A stretch of DNA of 64,000 nt from Gammaproteobacteria bacterium (lineage in GTDB: Bacteria > Pseudomonadota > Gammaproteobacteria > Steroidobacterales > Steroidobacteraceae), in assembly GCA_031364365.1 (NCBI GenBank), contig JANLWE010000034.1, positions 49,869-113,868 on the forward strand, written 5' to 3'. The notes beneath the pieces are model-generated. The model was not told the DNA's origin, did not search any database, and saw only the letters and a program-made list of their open reading frames with translations. This document shows positions 34,719-43,984 of the stretch, in pieces; position 1 is the stretch's first letter; each line of letters opens with the position of its first letter. The position numbers were made by a program, and so were the translations under genes.

Positions 34719-36107
34719 TCAGATCACGCGCGAAAACCGTTGGCCGTGCGCGCCTGAGATGTAGCCGTCGAAGCACATCGCAATGACGCGCAGCAGGAAC
34801 CGCCCGCGCGCAGTGGCGGCGATTCTGGCGGACTCGACGGTCACGAGGCCATCCGTGGCGAGCGGTTCAAGCTGCGCCAGGGCATGCGCGAAATAGCGCC
34901 GGAACTCAATGTCGTAATTGCGCTCGAACAGTGCCACGTCGATCGCGCCATTGCACATCAGTTGCTGGATCACGTCCGCACGCAGCACGTCGTCGGTATC
35001 GAGCTCGAGCCCGCGACAGATCGGAAGGTGATTTTCGTCAAGAGCCCGCTCCCAGCCTGGCAGGTCGCGGTGATTCTGGCTGTAGCTGTCGGCTATGTGG
35101 CTGATGGAGCTGACGCCGAGTCCGATCAGGTCGCAGCTGCCGTGAATCGTGTAGCCCATGAAGTTGCGTTGCAGGGTTTCTGCCTCCTGCGCCTTCGACA
35201 GGTCGTCTTTCGGCAAGGCGAAGTGATCCATGCCGATGAAACGATAGCCGTGATCGGTGAGCCTTTGCACCGCAAGCTGGAGCAGCTCCATGCGCGCCAC
35301 GGCGTCCGGCAGGTCGGCTGTCTCGACCTGCCGCTGTGGCTTGAATAGTTCCGGCAGGTGGGCGTATCCGTAGATCGCCAGCCGGTCGGGGCGCGCACCG
35401 ATGATCGTGTCCAGCGTGCGCGCGAATCCTTCGCAGGTCTGTTTCGGCAGGCCGTAGATCAGGTCGACGTTGACAGAGCGCATGCCGCTCGCCCGGCACT
35501 CGTCGATCACAGCCAGGGTCTGCTCTACGCTCTGGATGCGATTGACGGCGGACTGGACCACTGGATCGAAATCCTGCACGCCGAGGCTCACGCGATTGAG
35601 GCCGAGCGCGGCGAGTCGCATGACGTCACCCTGCTCGAGTGTTCGCGGGTCGAGTTCGATCGAAAAGTCGCGGTCCTCATGCTTGCTCAGGTTGAAGTGT
35701 CGGTCCAGGCAGCGCACCAGCCCCGCCAGCTCGCCGGCATCCAGGAAATTTGGCGTGCCGCCGCCGAAATGCAGCTGAATCACGTTGCGATCGGTGTCGA
35801 AGAGCGGCGCGACTATTGCGATTTCGCGTTCGAGCCGCGCGGCGTAGGTGGCGCCGCGCGTACGGTCGCGCGTGATGACGCGCGTGCAGCCGCAGTAGAA
35901 GCAGGGACTGAAACAGAACGGCACGTGGAGGTAGAGCGACAGCTCTGTGGGGATCGGCACCTCGTTGCTGCGCAACGTGCAGGCGCGGTAATTGACCTCG
36001 CCGAATCGCGGGCTGAAATGCGGTGCAGTCGGGTACGAGGTGTAGCGCGGGCCCGGCCGGTCATAGCGGCGAATCAGCGCCGCATCGAAGATCGCCGACG
36101 CGTTCAT
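34719..36107 (-). CDS. hemN: oxygen-independent coproporphyrinogen III oxidase (radical SAM)
   Basis: RRYDRPGPRYTSYPTAPHF N-terminal signature, the CFSPCFYCGC (CX3CX2C) cluster motif and HFGGGTPNFL. Confidence 0.85.
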   Translation of the reverse strand: MNASAIFDAALIRRYDRPGPRYTSYPTAPHFSPRFGEVNYRACTLRSNEVPIPTELSLYLHVPFCFSPCFYCGCTRVITRDRTRGATYAARLEREIAIVAPLFDTDRNVIQLHFGGGTPNFLDAGELAGLVRCLDRHFNLSKHEDRDFSIELDPRTLEQGDVMRLAALGLNRVSLGVQDFDPVVQSAVNRIQSVEQTLAVIDECRASGMRSVNVDLIYGLPKQTCEGFARTLDTIIGARPDRLAIYGYAHLPELFKPQRQVETADLPDAVARMELLQLAVQRLTDHGYRFIGMDHFALPKDDLSKAQEAETLQRNFMGYTIHGSCDLIGLGVSSISHIADSYSQNHRDLPGWERALDENHLPICRGLELDTDDVLRADVIQQLMCNGAIDVALFERNYDIEFRRYFAHALAQLEPLATDGLVTVESARIAATARGRFLLRVIAMCFDGYISGAHGQRFSRVI

Positions 36108-36184
36108 GCCTGAAAATATGGACTTCGCGGCTCCGGGGCACCTTGATCTGAGTCAATCCTCGTCATGGAGGACGTGCGCCCAGG

Positions 36185-37072
36185 TCACCAGTCGGGGTCC
36201 TGCGCGTAGCCGAGTTCGATCAGGAGTTCGCCCGCGATCCGCTTGAAGATTCGCCGGTCCCGGGCGTCGAGATCGCGCTGCCAGCGGCCGAGTGAGGCCG
36301 TGTTGACGACGGCGAGCGCCTCGGGACTCTGGGCGAATCGGGTGACGTCCCGGAATGGCGATCCGGCGCCCGCGTGCTTGAGCATTACCTCGTCCCAGGG
36401 TTCTCCGAGAAAGGCCATCAGCTTCTCGAGCACGGGCCGCGGGTTCAGCACCAGGTCCTCGTAGCGGACCGTGTGGAAGCGCGGATCGCTCCAGAACGGG
36501 CGTGAACCTTCGATGTCGTCGCGCCAACGGCGCGCGCAGCCTGCAATCCGCTTCCAGGTGTCGCGCGGAACGAGCTTGCCGTTCTTGACGCGATGGCGCG
36601 GATGTGTGCGCAGCGAACAGGCGACGTCGCGCCCGTCGCGCAGCACGTGCACGAAACGCGCTTCGGGAAAACAGCGGAAGATCTCGCCGATGCGGCCGAT
36701 GTTGCGCGGCGTTTTCTCGGCCCAGCGCGACTTGCCGGTCTTCTGCACGCAAAGCGACGCAAATGCATCGATGAATTGCGGGCGCGAACCAGCGCGGTCG
36801 CAGATCTCGAGGACCGCAGCCCGCGGAAAGCCGAATCGATCGGCCAGCGACTCCGGATCGAGTGCCTGCCTCCGGAATACGCTCGATTCCGGCCCGCAGC
36901 AGATCCGCTGGTGCGAATCGAGCATCATCCGCAGCAGCGTGGTGCCGGACCGGCCGCAGCCGCCGAGCACGATCGGCGAAAGACCGGAGCGATCGCGGGC
37001 CGCAAACGAGTCGGCGGGATGGCCGAGCCCGATCGCGGCGCCGATCACCTTGAAGATTCGCGAAACGCGCAT
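36185..37072 (-). CDS. PAPS-dependent sulfotransferase family protein
   Basis: 5'-PSB loop GGCGRSGTTLL and a 3'-PB-like RDGRDVACS. 295 aa. Confidence 0.75.
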   Translation of the reverse strand: MRVSRIFKVIGAAIGLGHPADSFAARDRSGLSPIVLGGCGRSGTTLLRMMLDSHQRICCGPESSVFRRQALDPESLADRFGFPRAAVLEICDRAGSRPQFIDAFASLCVQKTGKSRWAEKTPRNIGRIGEIFRCFPEARFVHVLRDGRDVACSLRTHPRHRVKNGKLVPRDTWKRIAGCARRWRDDIEGSRPFWSDPRFHTVRYEDLVLNPRPVLEKLMAFLGEPWDEVMLKHAGAGSPFRDVTRFAQSPEALAVVNTASLGRWQRDLDARDRRIFKRIAGELLIELGYAQDPDW

Positions 37073-37201
37073 GCCTGCAATCCGGTCCTGACCGAACCCG
37101 ACTGTAATTCATCCGTGGGCGGCGTTCTCCAGCGCAGGTTGACCGGACAATAAACCCGAGTTAACTTGACTATCAGTCGAGCCAGCGGATTGGGACTGGG
37201 C

Positions 37202-38065
37202 ATGAAGATCACGGTCGCCTGCACGCAGATGCACTGCAGCTGGGATATCGCGGCCAACGTCGAGCGGGCCGAAGGGCTGATTCATTGCGCCGCGGATGCG
37301 GGCGCACAGATCATCCTGCTGCAGGAGCTCTTCGAGACGCCCTACTTCTGCATCGACCAGCGGGAGGAGCATTTCGACCTCGCCCGCACGATCGATGCGC
37401 AACCCACACTGAAGCGCCTGCAGGCCGTTGCAAGAAAGCGGGAACTTGTCCTGCCAGTGTCGTTCTTCGAGCGCGCCGGTCTCGCGTACTACAACTCGGT
37501 CGCAATCATCGATGCCGACGGCAGCATCGCCGGACACTACCGCAAGAGCCATATCCCGGACTTTCCAGGCTATCAGGAAAAATTCTATTTCAGCCCGGGT
37601 GACACCGGCTTCCTGGCAGTGGAAACGCGTTACGCACGCATCGGCGTCGCCATCTGCTGGGACCAGTGGTTCCCCGAGGCGGCACGCGCGATGGTGCTGA
37701 AGGGCGCCGAGCTGCTGTGCTTTCCGACCGCAATCGGCGGCGAGATCTCCCAACCGGAAATCGACAGCAAGGATCACTGGCAGACCGTCATGCGGGGTCA
37801 CGCCGCGGCCAATATCGTCCCGGTGGCGGCCTCGAACAGGATCGGCCGGGAACAGAGCAACGGGCTGGCGATGGACTTCTACGGTTCGTCATTCATCACG
37901 GACCATGTGGGAAACATCGTCGAGTCCGCCGATCGCACGAGCGAATGCGTTCTCACGGCAACCATCGACCTCGAAGCCGTGCGCCGATACCGCCGTTCCT
38001 GGGGCGTGTTCCGGGACCGGCGGCCGGACTTGTATGGTGCGCTGCTCAGCCTCGACGGGCGTTGA
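37202..38065 (+). CDS. aguB: N-carbamoylputrescine amidase (CN-hydrolase)
   Basis: MKITVACTQM...LLQELF...YRKSHIPD...VAICWDQWFPE (Glu-Lys-Cys triad context). Confidence 0.85.
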   Translation: MKITVACTQMHCSWDIAANVERAEGLIHCAADAGAQIILLQELFETPYFCIDQREEHFDLARTIDAQPTLKRLQAVARKRELVLPVSFFERAGLAYYNSVAIIDADGSIAGHYRKSHIPDFPGYQEKFYFSPGDTGFLAVETRYARIGVAICWDQWFPEAARAMVLKGAELLCFPTAIGGEISQPEIDSKDHWQTVMRGHAAANIVPVAASNRIGREQSNGLAMDFYGSSFITDHVGNIVESADRTSECVLTATIDLEAVRRYRRSWGVFRDRRPDLYGALLSLDGR

Positions 38066-39240
38066 TGCGCATCGACAACCTGAAGCCGTTCTGCATCTAT
38101 TCAGTCATCGGCACGATTTCCATCCTGCCGCTGCTGATCCTGCCGGCGATGATCGGGATACTGGTCGATCAATCGGCACTTTCCGAGTCCTTCGCCGGGT
38201 GGTCGGCATCGATGAATTTTTTCGGTGGCGCCCTCATCGCGATCCTCATGGCTTTTCGCATGCATCGCCTCGATCTGCGAAAGACGGCGACCGTCGCGCT
38301 GGCGCTGGCAGCGCTCGCCGATGTGGCGTCGGGCCTTACGCCGCAGCTGGCGCCCTGGTTCCTGGCCGCGCGCTTTCTCGCCGGCATCGGCGCCGGCGCC
38401 GCCTATACGGCGGCCGTCGCATCATTTGCCCGCTTCGAGAACGTCGATCGCGGTTACGGCATCTTCGTGGCGCTGCAATTCATCGTCAGCGGCATCGGCC
38501 TCTACGTGCTCCCCGTGTATTCGGCACACCTGAGTGTTTCGGGAATGTTCTTGCTGATCGCAGCCATGGATATTCTCGCGCTGATGCTGGCGCGATTTCT
38601 GCCCGGCAAGGCGATCGATTCCTGGGTCGGCCCGGAACGTCGATCCGAATTCAAGGTGCTGTTTGCCGCGGCAACGCTGTTCGGCCTGCTGGGATTTGGC
38701 TTGTTCGAGGCTGCCAATACGGCGCAATTCACCTATGTCGAGCGCCTCGGCGTGTCGCTCGGATACTCCGACCAGCAGATCGGAACCACATTGCTGATCG
38801 CTTCGCTGATCGGCATCCCCGGCGCATTTTCGATCGTCTTTCTGGGCAGTCGCTTCGGTCGCATGGGTCCGCTCGCCTGCGGTATCGGCGTCGCGATCGC
38901 CGGTCTCGTGATTCTCACATCGACAGAGCAGGTCTGGCTGTATCTGTTGGGAAGCTCCTGTCTCGGATTCTCCTGGGCCTTCTGCCTGCCGTACATACAG
39001 GGCCTGATGGCCGCACTGGATCCGAACGGCAGTGCAGTCGCCGCCGGTTCTTTCGCATCGACGATCGGCGGCGCGGCCGGACCCGGACTTGCTGCGCTGC
39101 TCGTCACCGATGGCAGCTATCAGCGCGTGTTCGTCGCCGCCATCGCACTCTTTCTCGTGGCGTTCACAGGACTTTACATTGCCGGGCGCAGAGCACCCGG
39201 GAGCCGCGCGGAGCGTGACCATGGCACATCGGCAGTTTGA
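38065..39240 (+). CDS. MFS transporter
   Basis: ATG 38065 shares one nt with the aguB TGA. The protein has about 12 TM segments and sits between aguB and aguA. Confidence 0.75.
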   Translation: MRIDNLKPFCIYSVIGTISILPLLILPAMIGILVDQSALSESFAGWSASMNFFGGALIAILMAFRMHRLDLRKTATVALALAALADVASGLTPQLAPWFLAARFLAGIGAGAAYTAAVASFARFENVDRGYGIFVALQFIVSGIGLYVLPVYSAHLSVSGMFLLIAAMDILALMLARFLPGKAIDSWVGPERRSEFKVLFAAATLFGLLGFGLFEAANTAQFTYVERLGVSLGYSDQQIGTTLLIASLIGIPGAFSIVFLGSRFGRMGPLACGIGVAIAGLVILTSTEQVWLYLLGSSCLGFSWAFCLPYIQGLMAALDPNGSAVAAGSFASTIGGAAGPGLAALLVTDGSYQRVFVAAIALFLVAFTGLYIAGRRAPGSRAERDHGTSAV

Positions 39241-40252
39241 GAAGGACCCGCGTGACCAGGGCTTCCACATGCCCGCCGAGTGGGCGGATCACCGCTGCTG
39301 CTGGATGGCGTGGCCATGCAGGCAGGGCATGTGGGCGAATGAACCGGCGACACAGATGGCCTATGCGAGTGTCGCGAACACCATCTCTCGATTCGAGCCG
39401 GTCAGGATGCTGGCAACGGCGAGCAGGGTGTCCGCTGCGCGAGCCCTCCTCCACCGCGGCGTCGAGGTCATCGAGATGCCTATCGACGACTCGTGGACCC
39501 GCGATTCCGGCCCGAACTTTCTGATCAACGACGACGGTGAGCTTGCCGGCGCGACATGGACGTTCAACGCCTGGGGATTCAAGTACCAACCCTACGATCA
39601 GGACGCGTTGATGGCTTCGCGCATCCTGCAGCGCGCCGGAGCACGGGAATTTACCTCCAGACTCGTCGCCGAGGGCGGAGGCGTCACCGTCGATGGGAAA
39701 GGGACGGTCATCACGACCGAAACCTGCTTCCTGAATCGGAACCGAAATCCGGGCTGGACCCGGGCGGAAATCGACGCTGAGCTGTGCCGTACGCTGGGTG
39801 CGCGAAAAGTCATATGGATTCCAGGCGATGTCGACGACACCGAGACCGATGGTCACGTCGACGGCATCGCCGCATTCATCGAGGCAGGCCGGGTACTGGT
39901 CGAAGTGAACCCGGATCGGAGCGATCCACACTACGAGGTCGGTCAGCGGAATCTGGCCGCGCTCAAGAACCAGACAGACGCACAGGGACGAAGATTGGAG
40001 CTCGAGTTCATCCAAGAAGGTATCTACCACCCCGGCATCTGGAACGGGGGATGCAGCTCGTACGTCAACTCCTATCTGGCCAACGGCGCCGTGATCGTGC
40101 CCGGCTATGGATACGACCGCGATCACGCCGCCGTGGAAACCTACCGGCGGCTCTACCCTCTCAGGGAAATAGTCCAGGTACCCATCAACGACATTGCGAT
40201 TGGCGGCGGCGGCGTGCACTGCATCACTCAGCAACAGCCTTCGACCTGGTAA
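39221..40252 (+). CDS. aguA: agmatine deiminase
   Basis: ...HMPAEWADH...WMAWP...DDSWTRDSGP...ETDGHVD...GGGVHCITQQQP (catalytic Cys). It overlaps the MFS gene by 20 nt. Confidence 0.85.
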   Translation: MAHRQFEKDPRDQGFHMPAEWADHRCCWMAWPCRQGMWANEPATQMAYASVANTISRFEPVRMLATASRVSAARALLHRGVEVIEMPIDDSWTRDSGPNFLINDDGELAGATWTFNAWGFKYQPYDQDALMASRILQRAGAREFTSRLVAEGGGVTVDGKGTVITTETCFLNRNRNPGWTRAEIDAELCRTLGARKVIWIPGDVDDTETDGHVDGIAAFIEAGRVLVEVNPDRSDPHYEVGQRNLAALKNQTDAQGRRLELEFIQEGIYHPGIWNGGCSSYVNSYLANGAVIVPGYGYDRDHAAVETYRRLYPLREIVQVPINDIAIGGGGVHCITQQQPSTW

Positions 40253-40301
40253 ACGCATGCCACCACGACAAACCATCGGCCTTCGAAAGGCGCATGTCAG
40301 C

Positions 40302-40895
40302 ATGAGGAAACGTGGCATCGAGCGACGCCGGCTCTTGCTGCAGGCAGCCTACGAACTGCTGTGCGAACGGCCCGTCGAGGAGATCGCCTTCCGCGACATC
40401 GCAGAGAGAGCCGACGTCCCGGAAGCGTCTGCCTATCACTTTTTTGCCAATCGCTTCGACATTTTCTCTGCGTTGACCAACGACCTGAGCGCCTTGTTCG
40501 TCGAAGCACACCGGCGGCGAGTGCCCGCTGCGCGCCGCAAGCGCTGGGAGAACCTGGCCGACTACCTGGTTGACGTCGGCGCGCGAGTCTATGCGGAGAA
40601 TCCGGCGGCGCGACAGTTGTTGATCGGCGGCAAGACGCCGCCCGAGGTCAAGCAGGCGGACAGACTCAACGACAGGACCGTCGGGAAGGTCATATACGAG
40701 GTGTTCGCGGCGCATTTTCCCGTGCCGGACACCAGGGAAATGCGCGACGCCTTCTATTTTTTCATCGAGATCACGGACCTGATATTCACACTGTCCGTCA
40801 TCGAGTACGGCAAGATCACCGCTCCCATGCTCCGCGAAGCAAAACGCGCCGGGAGAGGCTATCTGAACACCTATCTGGGTGGCCTGCGCGGGTGA
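40302..40895 (+). CDS. TetR/AcrR-family transcriptional regulator
   Basis: RRRLLLQAAYELLCERPVEEIAFRDIAERADVPEASAYHFFANRFD (HTH). An alternative start ATG 40257 lies 5 nt after the aguA stop. Confidence 0.8.
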   Translation: MRKRGIERRRLLLQAAYELLCERPVEEIAFRDIAERADVPEASAYHFFANRFDIFSALTNDLSALFVEAHRRRVPAARRKRWENLADYLVDVGARVYAENPAARQLLIGGKTPPEVKQADRLNDRTVGKVIYEVFAAHFPVPDTREMRDAFYFFIEITDLIFTLSVIEYGKITAPMLREAKRAGRGYLNTYLGGLRG

Positions 40896-40926
40896 CAGCC
40901 TGCGGCATCGGTGCCACCATTCGGTA

Positions 40927-41910
40927 ATGCGATCGTCCCGCGCTCTTGCCACGGCGTTTCTGCTCTTCAGCGCTCTGTCCTCGGCGGGCTTCGCCCAGGA
41001 TTCCGGCCTCTCCCCGCCCGCAGGCATCGCGACGTACGCGGACGGTCGCGCGCCAATCGAATCTCTCTATCGTGCGTGGCTCGGGCTCGTCGACCGGGGC
41101 TGGACGGCGGAGCTTATCGTCGATTCGCAGCCCGCAGGAACGACGGCGCCGCTGCCGATCGTCGCGTTCCGTTCGCCGGTCGCCGGACCGGCCGTCTGGC
41201 TGCTCGCGGGCATTCACGGCGAAGAACCGGCCGGCCCGAATGCGATTGCCGAGACGATCGACGATATCGCCCGGCTCGGCGCAAAACGGCCAGTCGTGTT
41301 GCTGCCACTGCTGAATCCGCAGGGCTATGCGCGCAACTGGCGCTACCTGAATGTCGCCGTCTATTCGGAAAGCATCGACGGCCACAGCGTCGGCGACTCG
41401 TCGCACTTGCTGCCTGCGGTGGAAGAACCTGGCCGGGCGCGCGCAGCCGCGCCGTCGAGCCCGGAAGCAGATGCGATCACTGCATTCATTCTTCGCCGGA
41501 AGGAAGACTACCCGCCGCTCGTCAGCATCGACCTGCACGAGGACAATCTGATCGACGAGGGCTATGTCTATTCGCAGGGCGTGGAAGGCGAGAGAGACGC
41601 GCTCGCGATCGCCTCGGTCGGCGTACTGCGCGAGAGCGGCGTGCCGATCCGCATAGCCGGCAAGACGCGATTCGATGAGACGATCGCAGGTGGCATCGTC
41701 GGCCCCGTCATCGACAGTTCAATCGACGAGCTGATGAGTGCGTTGCGCGTGCGCGTGGACGGCGAGGAACTTCCCGGGCCCGCGGCGCGCACTGTGCTCG
41801 TGTTCGAAACGCCGGCCGCGGCATTGCCGCTGGCGCGCCGCGTCGGCGCACACGCCGCACTCATCCGCAGGCTCGCGGCTCTCCTCGACCCGGATCGCGC
41901 CGGCACCTGA
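40927..41910 (+). CDS. secreted M14-type zinc carboxypeptidase / succinylglutamate desuccinylase-aspartoacylase-like protein
   Basis: Signal peptide MRSSRALATAFLLFSALSSAGFA, then LLAGIHGEEPAG (HxxE), NPQGY and IDLHED. Confidence 0.65.
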   Translation: MRSSRALATAFLLFSALSSAGFAQDSGLSPPAGIATYADGRAPIESLYRAWLGLVDRGWTAELIVDSQPAGTTAPLPIVAFRSPVAGPAVWLLAGIHGEEPAGPNAIAETIDDIARLGAKRPVVLLPLLNPQGYARNWRYLNVAVYSESIDGHSVGDSSHLLPAVEEPGRARAAAPSSPEADAITAFILRRKEDYPPLVSIDLHEDNLIDEGYVYSQGVEGERDALAIASVGVLRESGVPIRIAGKTRFDETIAGGIVGPVIDSSIDELMSALRVRVDGEELPGPAARTVLVFETPAAALPLARRVGAHAALIRRLAALLDPDRAGT

Positions 41911-41920
41911 CATTCGCCCG

Positions 41921-43984
41921 ATGCAATCGACGGTCGCGCCCAAATCGGTTTTCGACCAGGCCCTCGGCCTGATCAATGCCGGCGATCTCGCCGGGGCTGA
42001 GACGCGCTGCCGCGCGGCGCTCGAGCGCTATCCGAGCGATGTAAACATGCGCGCGCTCCTCGGCGCGCTCCTCGTCAAGATGGAACGCGCCGAAGAAGCC
42101 GAGCGGACGCTGCGCGAGGTGATCGCCACGGCTCCGAGTTTTGCAAAGCCGCACGAGGATCTGGGCTTTCTGTTGGTGCAGGCGAACCGACCCGCGGATG
42201 CGCTGCCGTTCCTCGAGCGCGCGACCCGGCTCGATCCCTCGCTCGAACGCGCCTGGTTCACCCTCGGCAAGGCGCTCGCACTGCTGCGACGCGGGCCGGA
42301 GGCCGACGTGGCGTTCGAAAAGTGCTTCGCGCTGTCGCCGGAACGGCGGGTGATGGCGCTCGCCGCGGAGCACCAGAAAGAGGGCCGACTTGAGGAGGCC
42401 GAGCGCCTCTATCGCCAGGTCCTGCGCGAGAGTCCGCGCAATGTCGATGCGATGCGCCTGCTCGCGCTGATCGCGCAGAATGCGGACCACGTCGATGATG
42501 CAGAGAACCTGCTTGAGCAGGCCATCGCGATCGCGCCTGATTTCATGCTGGCAATCCTCGACCTCGGCCGGCTCCGCAAGGAACAGGACCGCTATGCTGA
42601 GGCGCTCGAATGCTTCGAGCGCGCAATTGCACTCGATCCGTCGCAGCCGCAGGCTCACTATCTGCGCGCATCGACGCTCGCACGCGCGTCCTTCACCCAC
42701 GAGGCCATCGATTCCTACCGTCAGTGCCTGAAACTGCGGCCCGACCACATCGGCGCACTGCTCGGTCTCGGTCACGTGCTCAAGGCCGTCGGCGACACCG
42801 AGGGCGCGGTCGCGTCCTACAACGACTGCATCCGCGAGGTGCCCGACTCTGGCGAAACCTACTGGAGTCTCGCCAACCTGAAAACTTACCGCTTCGACGA
42901 CGCGACAGTCGCGGAAATGGAGAGGCGCAGCGCAGCCCAGGGCGAGAATGCTCAGTCGGAGGTCAATTTCCTGTTTGCCCTCGGCAAGGCACACGAGGAT
43001 CGGGGCGGATTCGAACCCGCCTGGGGTTTCTACCGGCGCGGCAACGAAAAGCAGCGCTCGGAAGTTCACTACGACCCGGTGCAGACCGATGTCATGAATG
43101 ACCGGCTGGTCGGCGTGTACACGGCCGAGTTTCTCGCTTCGCATCGGGATGCCGGCGATCCGGACACCTCGCCGATTTTCATCCTCGGCCTGCCGCGATC
43201 GGGGTCGACCCTGCTTGAGCAGATTCTCGCGAGTCACAGCCAGGTCGAAGGCACGAGCGAACTGCCCTACATCGGGCGCGTCGCGACCGGGCTCAATCGC
43301 AACCGCGCCGCTGGCGTCAATTACCCCGAGGCCATGCGGGAACTCTCAGCGCAGAACCTGCGGGCACTGGGCGAAGAGTATCTGGCACATGCCCGCATGC
43401 ATCGGCGGACCGGCGCCGCACGCTTCGTGGACAAGATGCCGAACAATTTCCCCAATGTCGGCCTGATTGCCCTGATCCTGCCGAATGCGAAAATAATCGA
43501 CGCGCGGCGGCACCCGCTCGATGCCTGTCTCTCCTGCTACCGGCAACTGTTCGCGAAAGGCCAGAACTTCACCTATGACCTGACCGAGATCGGCGAGTAC
43601 TACCTGCAGTACCAGCGCATGATGGATCACTGGGCCCACGTGCTGCCGGGCCGCGTGCTGACGATGCAGTACGAAGAGGTCGTAACCGACTTCGAGCCGC
43701 AGGTCCGGCGCCTGCTCGAGTTCTGCGGCCTGCCCTGGGAGGACGCCTGCCTCCGATTCTACGAGAGCGACCGCCCGGTCCGGACCCCGAGCGCCGAGCA
43801 GGTGCGCCAGCCGATCTACGACCGGTCGATCGGGCACTGGCAGAATTACGAGCGCGAGATCGGGGAACTGATCGCGGTCATCGAGCCGATCCGCGATCGC
43901 TACCGGCGCTATGAGCCCGGCGCCCGTGCCTCAGGGGCCGCGGGCGGCAAGGCACGCCCCGGAATTGCACCGGGCGGCAGATAG
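41921..43984 (+). CDS. TPR-repeat-containing sulfotransferase family protein
   Basis: The N-terminal ~380 aa are TPR repeats. The C-terminal half carries ILGLPRSGSTLLEQIL (5'-PSB). Confidence 0.8.
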   Translation: MQSTVAPKSVFDQALGLINAGDLAGAETRCRAALERYPSDVNMRALLGALLVKMERAEEAERTLREVIATAPSFAKPHEDLGFLLVQANRPADALPFLERATRLDPSLERAWFTLGKALALLRRGPEADVAFEKCFALSPERRVMALAAEHQKEGRLEEAERLYRQVLRESPRNVDAMRLLALIAQNADHVDDAENLLEQAIAIAPDFMLAILDLGRLRKEQDRYAEALECFERAIALDPSQPQAHYLRASTLARASFTHEAIDSYRQCLKLRPDHIGALLGLGHVLKAVGDTEGAVASYNDCIREVPDSGETYWSLANLKTYRFDDATVAEMERRSAAQGENAQSEVNFLFALGKAHEDRGGFEPAWGFYRRGNEKQRSEVHYDPVQTDVMNDRLVGVYTAEFLASHRDAGDPDTSPIFILGLPRSGSTLLEQILASHSQVEGTSELPYIGRVATGLNRNRAAGVNYPEAMRELSAQNLRALGEEYLAHARMHRRTGAARFVDKMPNNFPNVGLIALILPNAKIIDARRHPLDACLSCYRQLFAKGQNFTYDLTEIGEYYLQYQRMMDHWAHVLPGRVLTMQYEEVVTDFEPQVRRLLEFCGLPWEDACLRFYESDRPVRTPSAEQVRQPIYDRSIGHWQNYEREIGELIAVIEPIRDRYRRYEPGARASGAAGGKARPGIAPGGR

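Noticed and set aside
34719-36107. HemN as a class C radical-SAM methyltransferase or HemW rather than a true coproporphyrinogen oxidase.
   Set aside because: The N-terminal RYDRPGPRYTSYPTAPHF signature and the ~460-aa length match authentic HemN. A functional link to the MttB genes stays only a possibility, noted in the finding.
43909-43984. The 76-nt convergent overlap between the TPR-sulfotransferase and the Asp beta-hydroxylase-like gene as a regulatory antisense arrangement.
   Set aside because: Both overlapping tails are low-complexity Gly/Ala/Pro/Arg read-through after the recognisable domains end. This most likely reflects the rarity of stop codons in GC-rich DNA.
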